DNA of 63,229 nucleotides, the filler included, from Asterionella formosa (lineage: Eukaryota): assembly GCA_002256025.1 (NCBI GenBank). It is 25 parts of 25 records of this genome, joined end to end, with 100 filler letters (N's around TTAATTAATTAA, not from the genome) between each part and the next. Parts side by side here need not be neighbours in the genome. Positions count along the whole stretch, not along the records: positions 3,613 to 21,343 come from NKIB01004307.1; positions 21,444 to 22,547 come from NKIB01004308.1; positions 22,648 to 23,751 come from NKIB01004309.1; 22 more parts are not named here. One strand, given 5' to 3'. Made by a program: the position numbers and the translations under genes. This document shows, one piece after another, positions 11,505 to 23,851 of the stretch (position 1 is its first letter; each line of letters opens with the position of its first letter). The notes beneath the pieces are model-generated. The model did no database searches. It was not told the origin of the DNA and was given only the letters and a program-made list of their open reading frames with translations.

Positions 11505-13148
11505 CTATACTGGTCCCAAGAAAAAGTCGGCACTTTCATTGGATTGTGATGAGAGATTTTCACGTCCAAGGAGTGAATCCGTTTCGGTGGGTGCTGCTAA
11601 TGCTATGGAATCCGACGGCGATGCAACAAACCCGCGCCCCAAGAACCCTCTCTGCCAAACCGAGGGTTGGGAGGTTGAAATCACAGCAATTCTACTAGAT
11701 GCTACGGCATCGTAGGTGGGATGTGAAGATATGGAGTCGGCACGCTTCTTCGGTGCTGTCGTCTTACCAATGTCTTGACGACACACTGGACAGATACATG
11801 GGTTGCCGTGACCAGAATTAACCCATGACTTCCAACATGACTCATCAAAAATGTGACCGCATCGCAGCAACTTGATGGGATTTCCATCATTTCCGAGGAG
11901 AGGTATACCAAAGGAATCAACTCTCTTTAACCCTGGCGACAGTTCCTGAAGGCATTCACAAAAATTTTCAAGACATATTGGACAACTCCTCGTGGAAAAG
12001 TCCCGTTGCAGCTCTCGCGCGCGTTCCTTTTCTCCCTTGGTTAGACGAGACCGAGTCTCTGCATGTTGCCACCGTTTCCGTCGGTCACGATATTCGCCCC
12101 ATGCACCAAAGAAGAAAGTGAAAATGGTGAAGCAAATGACAACTCCAAATCTCGCTGAGAAATCAAAAAGTCGATCTTGAACAGTTGGTGGCCCTGCGAT
12201 TAGCAAAGCTTCTAAATCTTGCATAGCTTTCAATATGGCCGCTCCAAAGTCCAGTTGTCTAAGGTCTGGCTTCATATCTCCCACCACGTGCTCCAACCTC
12301 CACCATGGTAATATTGTTGCAATAGACGATCCCGTTGAAATAAAGCACACACGGTCTTGAACGCTAAGGAATACTAAGATTCCATATGCTTCATTCGTTG
12401 CTTCCCACCATTCGTCATGAATGTACCGTGCAAAAATTTGTGCGGCATCATTGACCATATCATCTTCGTCTTCGTAACTTGAGTATGCGCCTTCCCTTAG
12501 GACGGATGGAAGATTCATTTTTCGAACAGTCGCAATGCCCAATTGAATAGGCTGGTTATCTAAAAGTATACGTTGTCGTAGTATTGGTGGACGAGTCGAT
12601 TCCTGCCTTCTGGAATTCGTATCCACCACAACACTCCACCCACCGTGTTCCTCGTGAGCAATGGCGTAAGAAAAGTTGCTCAATGTAGTGGCAATCTCTT
12701 CCAAGTACATGCCGCCCAGTACCCAGTCTGGGTCACAAAGCCGCTGACCAGTGGTATGCAGGTATGCAATCATGCACCGGTCTGGTTCCGCCAACGGATT
12801 TGGGTATATTTCTGGAGTCCATCCGTATAATTGAGGATTAGGGATATGCTGTATCTTGCTCCTATTATTTTGCTGCGATTCCTCATCAGATAACTTGAGT
12901 CTAAAGTTTTGAAGAGGAGGAGATATTTGACGCGAAATTATTTTTGTTTTGGTGGTAGTAGTTGTAAGATGACTCCACAGCTTCCTCCAAGCCATCCACA
13001 TGGATAGTTGCGATCGCGTGAGTGGAGAGTATACTATTGTCAGGTCCTTGTCCCACTGGCTCATGACCATGCCTGGAGCTGGTGATTCGTTCGCAACGTA
13101 GAGGATTGCCAGTGCCACAACACAGCAAGCCTTGAGCATGGGCCTCAT
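11505..13148 (-). CDS. Membrane protein: signal peptide + TPM/MOLO1-like domain + TM helix + cytosolic RING finger (putative E3 ligase)
   Basis: Likely start [32 protein letters not shown] and [18 protein letters not shown] (TPM/MOLO1-like); [23 protein letters not shown]...[10 protein letters not shown]...CPVCR. Confidence 0.8.
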   Translation of the reverse strand: MRPMLKACCVVALAILYVANESPAPGMVMSQWDKDLTIVYSPLTRSQLSMWMAWRKLWSHLTTTTTKTKIISRQISPPLQNFRLKLSDEESQQNNRSKIQHIPNPQLYGWTPEIYPNPLAEPDRCMIAYLHTTGQRLCDPDWVLGGMYLEEIATTLSNFSYAIAHEEHGGWSVVVDTNSRRQESTRPPILRQRILLDNQPIQLGIATVRKMNLPSVLREGAYSSYEDEDDMVNDAAQIFARYIHDEWWEATNEAYGILVFLSVQDRVCFISTGSSIATILPWWRLEHVVGDMKPDLRQLDFGAAILKAMQDLEALLIAGPPTVQDRLFDFSARFGVVICFTIFTFFFGAWGEYRDRRKRWQHAETRSRLTKGEKERARELQRDFSTRSCPICLENFCECLQELSPGLKRVDSFGIPLLGNDGNPIKLLRCGHIFDESCWKSWVNSGHGNPCICPVCRQDIGKTTAPKKRADSISSHPTYDAVASSRIAVISTSQPSVWQRGFLGRGFVASPSDSIALAAPTETDSLLGRENLSSQSNESADFFLGPV

Positions 13149-13688
13149 CGTGGTGAAGTGGTGCGCGTGCGTAGTCCAGGGGCTGACACCAAGTATAGTA
13201 TGTACCTGATGAGCACTGCAACTGTACCAATGTGTGATGTATATACCTTGTGTTACTCCAACCTGGAGGCCGAGTTTAGGTACTTGCTGTTTCAAAACGA
13301 TGGGGAAAGTCCTATTTATGTGTCGCCACTGTCGTTGGACTGCTTTCCTCCGCCTCTAGTTTCTTCAATCTATATGTTTTTGTCTCAGATATCAACAGTG
13401 CAGCGCAGGAGAGTTACCGATAGAGCGCGAAGCTGTGTCAGCAACTGTATGTATGATGAATGTATGAATGAATGAATGAATGTTTTTATGAAAGGAGTGC
13501 AAGGAACTTATGACAAGTAAAGAATTGCTCGATGTACCGATATTTTCAGGAGACTGACAACGACAAGGGTTCGTTCGTATAAATTTTAAGTTATGGTGTT
13601 CGGGTCTGCTCAGGGTCAGGTTGTCAACAAAAGAGGAGGCAAGGAGAGCGAAGCATCATGGCTGATAGCGGGACAAGAAAAAACAATA

Positions 13689-14231
13689 NNNNNNNNNNNN
13701 NNNNNNNNNNNNNNNNNNNNNNNNNNNNNNNNNNNNNNNNNNNNNNNNNNNNNNNNNNNNNNNNNNNNNNNNNNNNNNNNNNNNNNNNNNNNNNNNNNNN
13801 NNNNNNNNNNNNNNNNNNNNNNNNNNNNNNNNNNNNNNNNNNNNNNNNNNNNNNNNNNNNNNNNNNNNNNNNNNNNNNNNNNNNNNNNNNNNNNNNNNNN
13901 NNNNNNNNNNNNNNNNNNNNNNNNNNNNNNNNNNNNNNNNNNNNNNNNNNNNNNNNNNNNNNNNNNNNNNNNNNNNNNNNNNNNNNNNNNNNNNNNNNNN
14001 NNNNNNNNNNNNNNNNNNNNNNNNNNNNNNNNNNNNNNNNNNNNNNNNNNNNNNNNNNNNNNNNNNNNNNNNNNNNNNNNNNNNNNNNNNNNNNNNNNNN
14101 NNNNNNNNNNNNNNNNNNNNNNNNNNNNNNNNNNNNNNNNNNNNNNNNNNNNNNNNNNNNNNNNNNNNNNNNNNNNNNNNNNNNNNNNNNNNNNNNNNNN
14201 NNNNNNNNNNNNNNNNNNNNNNNNNNNNNNN
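13689..14231. other. Intra-scaffold sequencing gap (plain N run, no linker core)
   Basis: About 540 N without TTAATTAATTAA. Confidence 0.9.
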
Positions 14232-15773
14232 ATGACAACCATGGCTCTGTTATATCATTGCTTCACTACCAGTACTCCTGTGAAGTCGACACGCACAACG
14301 AGAATACGGAACTATTGTCACCTCCTGACGTTACTACTACTGCTACTTGCAAGAGCGCCGTCAACTTGCCACGCCTTTTCACCTCCGCATCATCGTCAAT
14401 ACAAATGTTCATCAGGTTGTAGCCTCGATCAAGTATCTAAAAATGACTTGAACGATCCGCTACCACCTGCAGAAGACTTTGACGACGAACCGCTGTCGTT
14501 GGAATACAATTCGGTGGAATTAGATGAAAGTGAAATCCTTACTGGACCACACGAGCTGGAACAAACCTTGGCTACACTTTTCGCACAAACAACACCAAAA
14601 CGTAATAACATCATGCCAAACTCACAGCTTATTATGGACAATCCCAATATACCTGATTTGCAAGCGTTTGTCGATGCACGAGAGGGAAAGATAGACATGA
14701 ACTCTCTCTTGTTGAATCAATTGAACAAAACAGGTGTTAGTAGTAGTGTCGATGATGATGACGATGACGATGACGATGATTCAGTGTGGTTGGGAGAAGA
14801 CGACTACACCAATTTCAGATCCTTGCTCAATCCAGACGGTACCATTCGTCCGCCTGGAACATCTGATACCAAAAAAGCAATGATGCTGCTCCAGCCTAAT
14901 ACACTCAATCCCTCAGTTGGACCAGGGGAGTCCACTTTTGACAACGATGTTTCTCTGCACGACTTATTTTTGGCCACTCCTCCACCCCCGAACTCTGTAG
15001 ATGAATCATTGCATGAACAAATTATGAGGGAAGAACAAGGTTTTTTGAAATCTAGCCAAGCATTTTCCAACTTCTTGGGTCCTGATGGAGACCAATTTGC
15101 CAATGAAGCAAGGGGAGATAGGCGGACAAAATACAATCAAGAACGAAGTTTGAAGCAACAAAAATTATTAGACCGTGAGTTGCAAGAAGTGGAAGCATCC
15201 TTTCGAGCACCAAAGATGCAGCATCCATCATGTCGCAGGTGTGGCTGTGATCTATCTCCATTAGAACTCAGTCACTCCATTTGTACAGTTTGCTATGGCG
15301 AAGAGTTGGAGGCTTCCAGTGACATGGCATTTTTAGAGAAAGTTCCACAGTCATACAATCCAAGAGGGAACTCAAATGATTGGGATGATCAAGTTATTGA
15401 TGATGACAAATATGGAATGAATACAGTCAGGCCCGTCGGACGAGGACAATCAGTACAAGGGAGAGGACCAAATCCACAGCGTCCTCTAGTTCCACGACCA
15501 ATGCAAATGAGTGACACCAGCAAAGGACTGAATGCTGAAGTAATTGCGCTACAACAGCAAGTCAAGCAATACAAACGCCAATGTGAAATTGCCGAGAGGG
15601 AAATTATTAGACTTCGCAACCTGGTGGCAGACCTTCAAGATGAGGTTGACGGTGCACGTGTACATGTGGTAAGCGAAACTCCTACTAGTCCTTGGACCAA
15701 AGTGATAGACCCAGATTCTGGGGAAGAATTTTTTTGGAATGAGGAGACTGAGGAAATGAAATGGGAAATGTAA
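14232..15773 (+). CDS. Hypothetical protein, probably plastid-targeted, with CxxC..CxxC, coiled coil and C-terminal WW domain
   Basis: Hydrophobic stretch then CHA-FSPP (ASAFAP-like); CRRC...CTVC; W-TKVIDPDSGEEFFWNEETEEMK-W at C-terminus; true start uncertain because a gap abuts it. Confidence 0.7.
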   Translation: MTTMALLYHCFTTSTPVKSTRTTRIRNYCHLLTLLLLLLARAPSTCHAFSPPHHRQYKCSSGCSLDQVSKNDLNDPLPPAEDFDDEPLSLEYNSVELDESEILTGPHELEQTLATLFAQTTPKRNNIMPNSQLIMDNPNIPDLQAFVDAREGKIDMNSLLLNQLNKTGVSSSVDDDDDDDDDDSVWLGEDDYTNFRSLLNPDGTIRPPGTSDTKKAMMLLQPNTLNPSVGPGESTFDNDVSLHDLFLATPPPPNSVDESLHEQIMREEQGFLKSSQAFSNFLGPDGDQFANEARGDRRTKYNQERSLKQQKLLDRELQEVEASFRAPKMQHPSCRRCGCDLSPLELSHSICTVCYGEELEASSDMAFLEKVPQSYNPRGNSNDWDDQVIDDDKYGMNTVRPVGRGQSVQGRGPNPQRPLVPRPMQMSDTSKGLNAEVIALQQQVKQYKRQCEIAEREIIRLRNLVADLQDEVDGARVHVVSETPTSPWTKVIDPDSGEEFFWNEETEEMKWEM

Positions 15774-18700
15774 TTCAAGAATCCCAGAATTCATCCAATC
15801 AATGTGATCAGTTTTCAGATCAATCCATCAAGATGAGGTCTATTATTGGAGAAGGTGTGAGTTGCACTTTTGTTGTTTTGGATGAGCGAAAATGAGACTG
15901 GGATAGGAATAATTCTTATGTTGCCGCCAATTTGGCTTTCATGTCTGCTATACAAACATGAAATGCTATTATTAGGCCAAAAGTATAAAAATGAATAAAA
16001 TCTAAGGGCCTTCATTGTTCAGCAGCGTCCCATAGTGATGTACAATTAAATTGAGTTAGAAATTGCACTTTGAGCATATTGACAGCTGACATTATCAATC
16101 CACTCGAGAAGAGGTCAATTCTTGTCAATGGTGCAGATAGCGAGGTCTATGTTGATGATGTGGGAGCCAACATTCACGATGCTGTAGAAGGCAATTTTTC
16201 CTTTCCTGTCAGGTGATGGAAAAGATCGTTCTGGAAGAGGACCAAGGCCAGCCAAGCTGGTGGTTATTGATTTATAAAACAGACAGGCTGCCGTACCATC
16301 AAATTCCTTGTTGAATCATATAAATCACATCATTTTAGGCGTCTTTAGATCCAGTTATACTACCGTACTGGGATAGATTAGTTGCCATGGTGCCCCCTGG
16401 TGGCATTGTTTTTCATCTAAAGTTAACCCAACATACCTAGTCACGACGCTTGTTTGTTCATTGCAGTGGAGGAGTAATGTTTGGATACACAATCTCGAAT
16501 GAAAGATGGATTAACTTTTGTAAGGCTTATTGGAGGTTATAATGACTCCGGGTGACGTTGAGAGGCTGATGAGTCAGCCAAGTCGTAAAATGTCTTATGG
16601 GACTGAAAGTGGGATCGAAATGAGTTGGTGAAGAAGTTTTGAATTGTATTTGGTAAGATTGAATTTGGCAGGATTAAGTCTGGCAGGACCAGTTGGCAAG
16701 ATTGATAGTTTAGAAATAATTACAATTAGTTTACAATCTGAGAAACCCTGACTTGAGTAAGGTAGTCTTTGGAGACCTTCAACAAGAAGAAGGTTTTCTC
16801 AAACAGGCATCATTTCCCTTTTTTCGCACTTGGTTGCATGGAGAAAGATTATGGCGGTCGAATGGAAATTTTTTTCGGTAGATGCTAAGCACTGTGCGAT
16901 TGCCCCTACAGACCATGTATGTGTAACATTGTCAGTTTGTACCTTCTGAGAAGGTACCCTGGTATTGGCCACAGCTAGGGCGGCCATTGTCGTTGTCTTG
17001 GTTAGTTTAGATTTAGCTCGAAAGCATGAGTTGGAAGTTGTCCCTGTTTTGCAAATGCGGCAGATTCCTCTTAGAGAAAAGCCACTTTTCCTGTTAGATT
17101 GTTGCATTACTACTCCTACGCTTTTGAGGATGCTTTGATGAAGCAAACAATCAACAAAAATCCACTAATGCTATGCTGTAGCTCAATCCATCTGCCAATT
17201 CTCACTGAGATACACAGCTCCAATTTTAATTGGCGTATAGGGAATTTTCATTTGACGAAAGCAAGACTTGAAGAAAAAACATGCTCCAAAAATAGCACTT
17301 GCAAGTAAGTGCCATTTTAGAGCGCCACTAGAAGCAATGTGTCAATACCTGCATGTATGATCACCTTGGTGTCTATGTTGAAGGACCAGATGAACAACAG
17401 CAGCAACGATGCAGAAAAATGCATGGGGGATACTTCTTTAATAATGTTTAAACCTTTGTCACGCAAATACTAGATCAGCTGTATACATAGATGTGGGATG
17501 ATTTATTTACTAATTTACGAAGGAAGGTAGTACTATAACCCAATTGTCAATTCATGATGAATGGAAAATGAATTCTGATTTATAACTTTTTCAACTATGG
17601 TTAGCATTTTCATAGAAATTTCGTCCAGTTAATACAGGGCTCAAGCTGCCGAAATTTTACCACAGGGTGCATGTGCCCTCCTTATTGATGTGATTTGGAT
17701 GACTGGGCAATAGTAATATGAAAATCATTTGACCAAAATCTTATTTTTCCTTCTTCCTCGAAAAATGGATAGCTACCTTCAGCTGTAATAAAGCAAACAA
17801 ATTTTATTTGCTGGAATTTGCTGATAAGCATCTCTTACAATCATGGCAGTGCATATGAGTCAGGTCTCACCTGCCTGGCAATTGCTTATAGTTTACTCAG
17901 CTTAATAGGAACGCTTACAAATCTGGCTTGTTGGTATCTTTCAAAAAACTGTCATCACATGGGGGGCAATAATTCCTTTTTTTCTTAGATTAATGCATTT
18001 GTATCATCCCATAACAACTTACATCAACACCACGGCATCTTGCCCATCCAATCAATTGGTAGCATTCAGGTAAAGGCATACTTATTGGGAGGATAGAAAA
18101 ACTTCCTGACTCCCTTCAAAGGGGAAAAACGATGGAGGAAAGGGCAGCCAGGTATTTTGAATGTTGTCAAAGTTCTAATCCTCAAATTGTGTGTTGATGA
18201 TCATTTCTGGAATGTCCTCTCATGATTTTTATCTCCTTTTGTATAGTTCCTGCAGTAGCCACATTTTGCACTTCCAGTGCTAGAAATGTAATGTATGAGA
18301 TGTTCCTAAATGTCATGGACAAAGAAAAATATCGGGAAATGCGCCACCAGAACAATGATTTAGAATTGCTGTGGTGGAAGAAAGGCTTCATGTGTCCTTA
18401 GCAATTAAAAGAGATAGCAGTTCATTGCAACAGCAGGCTTGCAAGTCCAATGGTACCAGGGAAGTAGAAGGATCATTGGGACGAGGTTTTCAGAGTCAAA
18501 TCAAGAGTGGCAACAAAAAGCTTTTATCATATACCATGATGCACTAGAAGAAAAAGAAGAAACTATGATGGCTGGATCATAACAATTCCAGAAACCCCGG
18601 GTAGTCTTCTTGTGAAGGCAGACCTGGATACCAATAACCATATTCCTAAATATTATATATTTCACGCCTTATTTTGGCGGTAATATGCTGATCACCATGC

Positions 18701-19477
18701 TGCCCACATGTTGTTGCTTTTCTCCTGTTGTAATTGCAGTCAGATCCTTCCTAGTCCGGTTCTAGTATTGTTTGTACTGTGCTGACAGTTTGCGTAGTTG
18801 TGGATGCAGGTATTGGCGCAAACAAATGTGTTGCTCTTTGGCAGTTGATATCAAAGACACATGTGACAGCTGAATAAATAATTTTTGAATCGAAATTGGG
18901 GCTCTTTAATTATGTGGTGAGACTACCGGTAGCATAATATTCCCGTGGGTGAAGTGATGCAATTTCTCCATAATACTGTTCTTAGGGCTATTTGGAAAAA
19001 AAATTGTTGCGAACTCACACAATTATTGGTTTGATCACATAATTATTCAATAAATAAAGTAAATTTTGTTTAGAACTCATAAACTTTGGATTGATCCAAA
19101 TAAATTCCCAAAAAAGGAGCATAACATTTTAGGAAAGTAGCTTAAATACGTCACTTTAGACAAATTCGAAAATAAGCAGTTCGCCAAAATTTGGAAAATG
19201 TAACAATCATCAGCAATACGTAGAAACCGATTCAGCCAAGACGAACAATATCAATTCTTGTCAATATGCAGGTATATACATATTTGTCTTTTTAATCTAT
19301 CGAGAACGCAGAGGGGATGACGTTTTGATCAATGGACGTGTGCATTGCAAAAATTGTCATTAACTTGTCTCGCAAGTAAGTAAATGTAGGATAGTAACAT
19401 GGGATTTACGGCATATATTTAGCCAAGTATTGGCAGCAATGTTCGTATTGCCCGTCATGGATCAAACCCTTCGCTTT

Positions 19478-20349
19478 AGGGTCGTTCTTATCATTTTCGA
19501 TTTGGTATCATTTTTTTGAAAAAGTATCATGTAACGGCTACTCGATTTAAACCGAAAAAATCCATTCTCCACAAAAATAAAAATGAAATTGTATCACCAA
19601 AAAGTATCACGAAAATTCAACGGTTACGGGCTGGCTACAAACATGTGCTTTTCCTTCCTGACTACCGGTACATAATGATACCAAACCAGTCCTCAAACCA
19701 TGCAAGAAATCTACGCGAATTATGTATATGGACTACTATAGTCAATTGTATCTGCACATGTATTTGTTGTAGTCACGTGATCATTTTCGTATTCTATTGC
19801 CTAGTACGTGCTGGACGAGTGATAGTAGAATGTACCGGTAGTGATTCTATTGCCTAGTACCTTGTCATCAATTCCCGGACCAGGTACGGTACCAGGGTAC
19901 CAGGTACCAGGTACCTGTAATTAGATAGCGGGTATGTCTCTATGCACATGACTCAATCTGTTCAATTCTCTACTCAGTGGTTTTCGTTCTTTGGTGTTGT
20001 GGCTGAACATTACCACACACGGCCGCTAGCTATAATGATTGTATTGTGCTTCTTTGATGCACACCATAATAATTTTTGTATATATTAAATAGATGTCAAT
20101 AAAAGTTCTGCCCTGCAGGCTTATTTTCGGTTATTTTATCAGTGGCAACGGAAATGATACCCGCGTGAAAACGTCAGTATCACTGATACCGTTTTTGGAG
20201 GGGGCAAAGAAAGGTATCAATTTTGTATCGATGATACAAAATTGATACCATCAAGTTACCGTTGCTGTTACCGTGTTTTGATACCAACCGTCATTTTTTG
20301 CCACAACCCGGAAATGATACAGCAAATTCGTAATGATAAGAACGACCCT
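19478..20349. mobile_element. Putative MITE-like/non-autonomous element with inverted repeats and an internal hairpin
   Basis: 18-bp perfect inverted match 19478-19495 (agggtcgttcttatcatt) vs 20332-20349; many GTATCA/TGATAC motifs; perfect 17-bp stem at 20213-20249. Confidence 0.45.
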
Positions 20350-21712
20350 TAACGAAATGATACGAACTTATCAAGAAGTATATACGCGAAATTTTCGCAG
20401 ATGAGCGAGCGACTAGAATATCGAAAGATCTTCGGAGAAAACTGCGAGGTCTGTGCGCGATAGACAGAAGCGCCCACATCAGGAAGATTTCTCCGTAGCT
20501 ATCAGGTCGGAGCTTCACGTACGTCCGACGAGTTCCCAATATTGCTTCTCAAAGAGTTCTTAAAATTTTAACGATCATGCACCCCCACCCCATTCTCAGC
20601 CACTTCATCGCCTCAGTCAACGCGACATACTATTCTTTGCTTTGTCGGTAACAGTACCAGGTACAAGTAGTCTGAAATGCATTTTGTGTTTTAAAGTGGT
20701 CCCCGGTATAGGAAGGTATACAGTTTGCAGTGGTGAAGTCGTTCATCGAATATTCAAATATTGGGGGCTATTATTGTCAGGACACTTATGCAGATATTTT
20801 GGACTTTATGTATGATAGTGGTTTGAATTATGACTTCCGAATTTACCGGTAATTGAATGTATTGGCATGCTGGGATATGTTGTCAACGCTGGCTAGTTGC
20901 AACGGTTTCGTTGGCATTTTTTATTAGATTTAGGCTCTAAACTATTATTTAGGAGTATAGAAGAAAATGTCAAATGTACATATGCACAATCAGTTCCAGC
21001 AACGAGCACATTCAATAATTGCCCTCTACCCGTCGTCTCAATACTCTATACTGCAGAGGTCAAACACAACATCTTAAGGACCCGCTGTTCTACAAGAGCT
21101 CTAAGTGGATGATAGGAACCATCGATGAACAATAATAACTCCGGAATATCGGTAGCGTAAATCTAAAGCGTCGAAAGTTACAGTAACAGAGGTACTATCA
21201 TTCGCTCGCAAAACGCTCATTCTTTGCCCCTACTTACCGGTACTTCAAAGTCCATTGATGTCATCGCAGCATTGCATTTGTCAATCTTGTACTTCGTTTA
21301 TTCTCGAATCCAACATTGTGTTAGTTTAACACAATCAGACCGTNNNNNNNNNNNNNNNNNNNNNNNNNNNNNNNNNNNNNNNNNNNNTTAATTAATTAAN
21401 NNNNNNNNNNNNNNNNNNNNNNNNNNNNNNNNNNNNNNNNNNNGTATACAGTTAAAGTCAACACTTAATATGATAGTATTATACAGTGGATAGGATCTAA
21501 GTATACGGATGCGTTGATATGTACATCACTATAATATGATTTGTGATATGGATTGATGCATATCACATACCGGTATCCTCAACAACCGGCCATCACGTTC
21601 ATTGTCGTGTCGTCTTCCCTTGTTTTAGCTATATACCGGTATATGCCAGCATGTGTATTGTGTAAACACTACGCTGGCGGAACATGCATATTACACTGTG
21701 CTCTGTTTAACA

Positions 21713-21888
21713 AGGAAGTGTAGCAACTGTTGGCCGATCAATAGGCGAAATCACTGGAGAAACAGATGTAATAGGACCCTCTGTGATTGGGCTAGGAGAA
21801 GCGACTGGAGATACAGAAGAAACTGGGGGTGCATCAGGAGGAAGTGTAGCAAGTGTTGGTCGATCAATAGGCGAAATCACTGGAGAAA
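21713..21888. repeat. Direct repeat, 2 x 50 bp, 126-bp period, encoding a Pro/Ser-rich repeat on the minus strand
   Basis: 21713-21762 vs 21839-21888 differ at 2 positions; minus-strand translation SPVISPIDRPT(L/V)ATLP occurs twice. Confidence 0.9.
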
Positions 21889-22547
21889 GCAATGAATTTA
21901 CCAGGGAAGAGAAGCTCCTCTGTAATAAATTTAGATCCGGTGTAGAGGAATGGAGTGCCAATGAGGAGGAAGAACAACGGGTTGATTCTCAACACAGTCG
22001 ACAAGAGTTCGAAACCAATACCAAGCCAAACACTTGTGAGAACAATAATGGCGGGAAGGTAGAGAAGATTTGATCTGAATTGGTCTTCTTTCAATGTGAC
22101 AGTGCAAATTCCAGTGTCGATATAGCATTTTGGAGATGTTGAGACTGCAAACTTCGATCCAGTTTCCTTGAGCTCCGTCTTCAATGCGTCAAACTCAGCA
22201 TCTGGCATCATCGGTTCACCTTTCAAGTATGCCTGCATGGCGGCGAGATATGTGGCTTCCTTTCGGTTCATGACAACCATGTCAGATCCGTTCCATTGCA
22301 AATCTTCCTTCAATAGGTCAAACTCGTCATCCTTGAGCTTGCCTTCCAGTGGCATAGTAGGACTGAAGCGCGTCCAGAAAGATACGCTCCTTTTCGGCTA
22401 CTGTGAGACGAATGAGTTGTCCACTTTCCGGATCGACGACACAGTATTCCTCGTCAGGAATGCATTCTTCTTCCTGCAAGTTAGTCTCAAAGAATCGTCC
22501 AGACTTGGCGTCGTAAGCGATTTCTCTCGTTCCGCTCGTAATGGTGA
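21888..22547 (-). pseudogene. PGRL1: PGR5-like 1 (PGRL1) homolog, frameshifted near 22338 and 3'-truncated
   Basis: EKERIFLDALQSYYATGRQ / LKDDEFDLLKEDL; EATYLAAMQAYLKGEPMMPDAEFDALKTELKETGS...PKC; two TM helices; the expected C-terminal GPCPxC is absent. Confidence 0.75.
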
Positions 22548-23278
22548 NNNNNNNNNNNNNNNNNNNNNNNNNNNNNNNNNNNNNNNNNNNNTTAATTAAT
22601 TAANNNNNNNNNNNNNNNNNNNNNNNNNNNNNNNNNNNNNNNNNNNNTATCACAGTATCATCTTATCAATCATGATGAGATGATTGGGAAGCAAATGTAT
22701 TCTGCGATGTGCTACAGGGTATATTATTATATCACGCAATTTAGTAGCGAAGTCACTCCGCCTGTAATGTACTAAAGTCGACAGTGCACATACCGGTACT
22801 CAGACGCTAATCAGGTTTGAGGCAACGGACAGCGGTTCCAACGAGCGAATGATGATACCACGGGTACCAATTTTTCCAACGAAAGAACTTGTCTCTCTAT
22901 TGATGAGGATGACACGGACACGGACACCGACATTTTCAGGAGCAAACAACAATGAAGAGACCCACTTCGTCTGCGTCGCTCTATTGATGGTATCAAAGAT
23001 GCGGACAAGTTCAATAGTTAATTAAAGTACAGTATGCCAAATGCAGAAACGAGCGAGCGATATGAAAATGAAATGCGTTCTAATCAGAATCATTCTATAA
23101 CTATAGCTATGTGGACAGTAGTCTGTTACGCACATTTTCGTATCTCCTTCTATGCTGAATCTCAATAGTAGATGTAGTATCTGTTGTAACAACTACCGTA
23201 TTCGACCGTATCGTAGGCCTTGAAACTAGTACTGTGTTAATCGAATACAGTTGATGAAATTGATAGCAACGAGGAAGT

Positions 23279-23495
23279 TGTCAAACTTAAACTTTCACTT
23301 TACTAACTGGATTGTTTCGAGATAATGGTCTCGAAACACTCTTATTACTCACACTGCATTTTAACATTTTTTCTTGACCTCTGATTGCTTTTCCTTGCGT
23401 TGTGCCTTTTACCACGTCAGCCCAGGTAACTCTTGGTAGCGGCTGTACGGTTTTAACTGTAGTACTGTACTCTCTCGTGTCCACTATACCCTTCA
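23279..23495 (-). mobile_element. Putative LTR of a copia-type retrotransposon
   Basis: On the minus strand, purine-rich aggacaggag then TG...TTTGACA; contains a TWADVVKG-like frame and gaaacaatccagt, features I associate with diatom copia LTRs (from memory, unverified). Confidence 0.4.
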
Positions 23496-23851
23496 CTCCT
23501 GTCCTGTGGCAGTCAGCTCGAATTTTTTCAACAGTATCATGTGAGAATTGAAAATGTCAACGAGAACAAGTAGAATGTGTTTGTTTACGGGTTGATTGGC
23601 GAGATTGTCATGCTGAAGTGGACGAAACAGATATACTTTGTGCGCAAAATCGGAAGTTGGTAGGGTTTATAATGTCGTTTATTTCTCCGTTCTGAATGAT
23701 TGGACCATTAATAGCAGCAGCATCATGATCTACTAAACTATCAAGGAATAANNNNNNNNNNNNNNNNNNNNNNNNNNNNNNNNNNNNNNNNNNNNTTAAT
23801 TAATTAANNNNNNNNNNNNNNNNNNNNNNNNNNNNNNNNNNNNNNNNNNNN

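Noticed and set aside
13593..14422. Long ORFs spanning the N gap
   Set aside because: Length comes from X residues; only the part from 14232 on is supportable
16141..16170. EVYVDDVG as a reverse transcriptase YxDD motif
   Set aside because: No flanking RT motifs or sustained open frame; may be chance within decayed sequence
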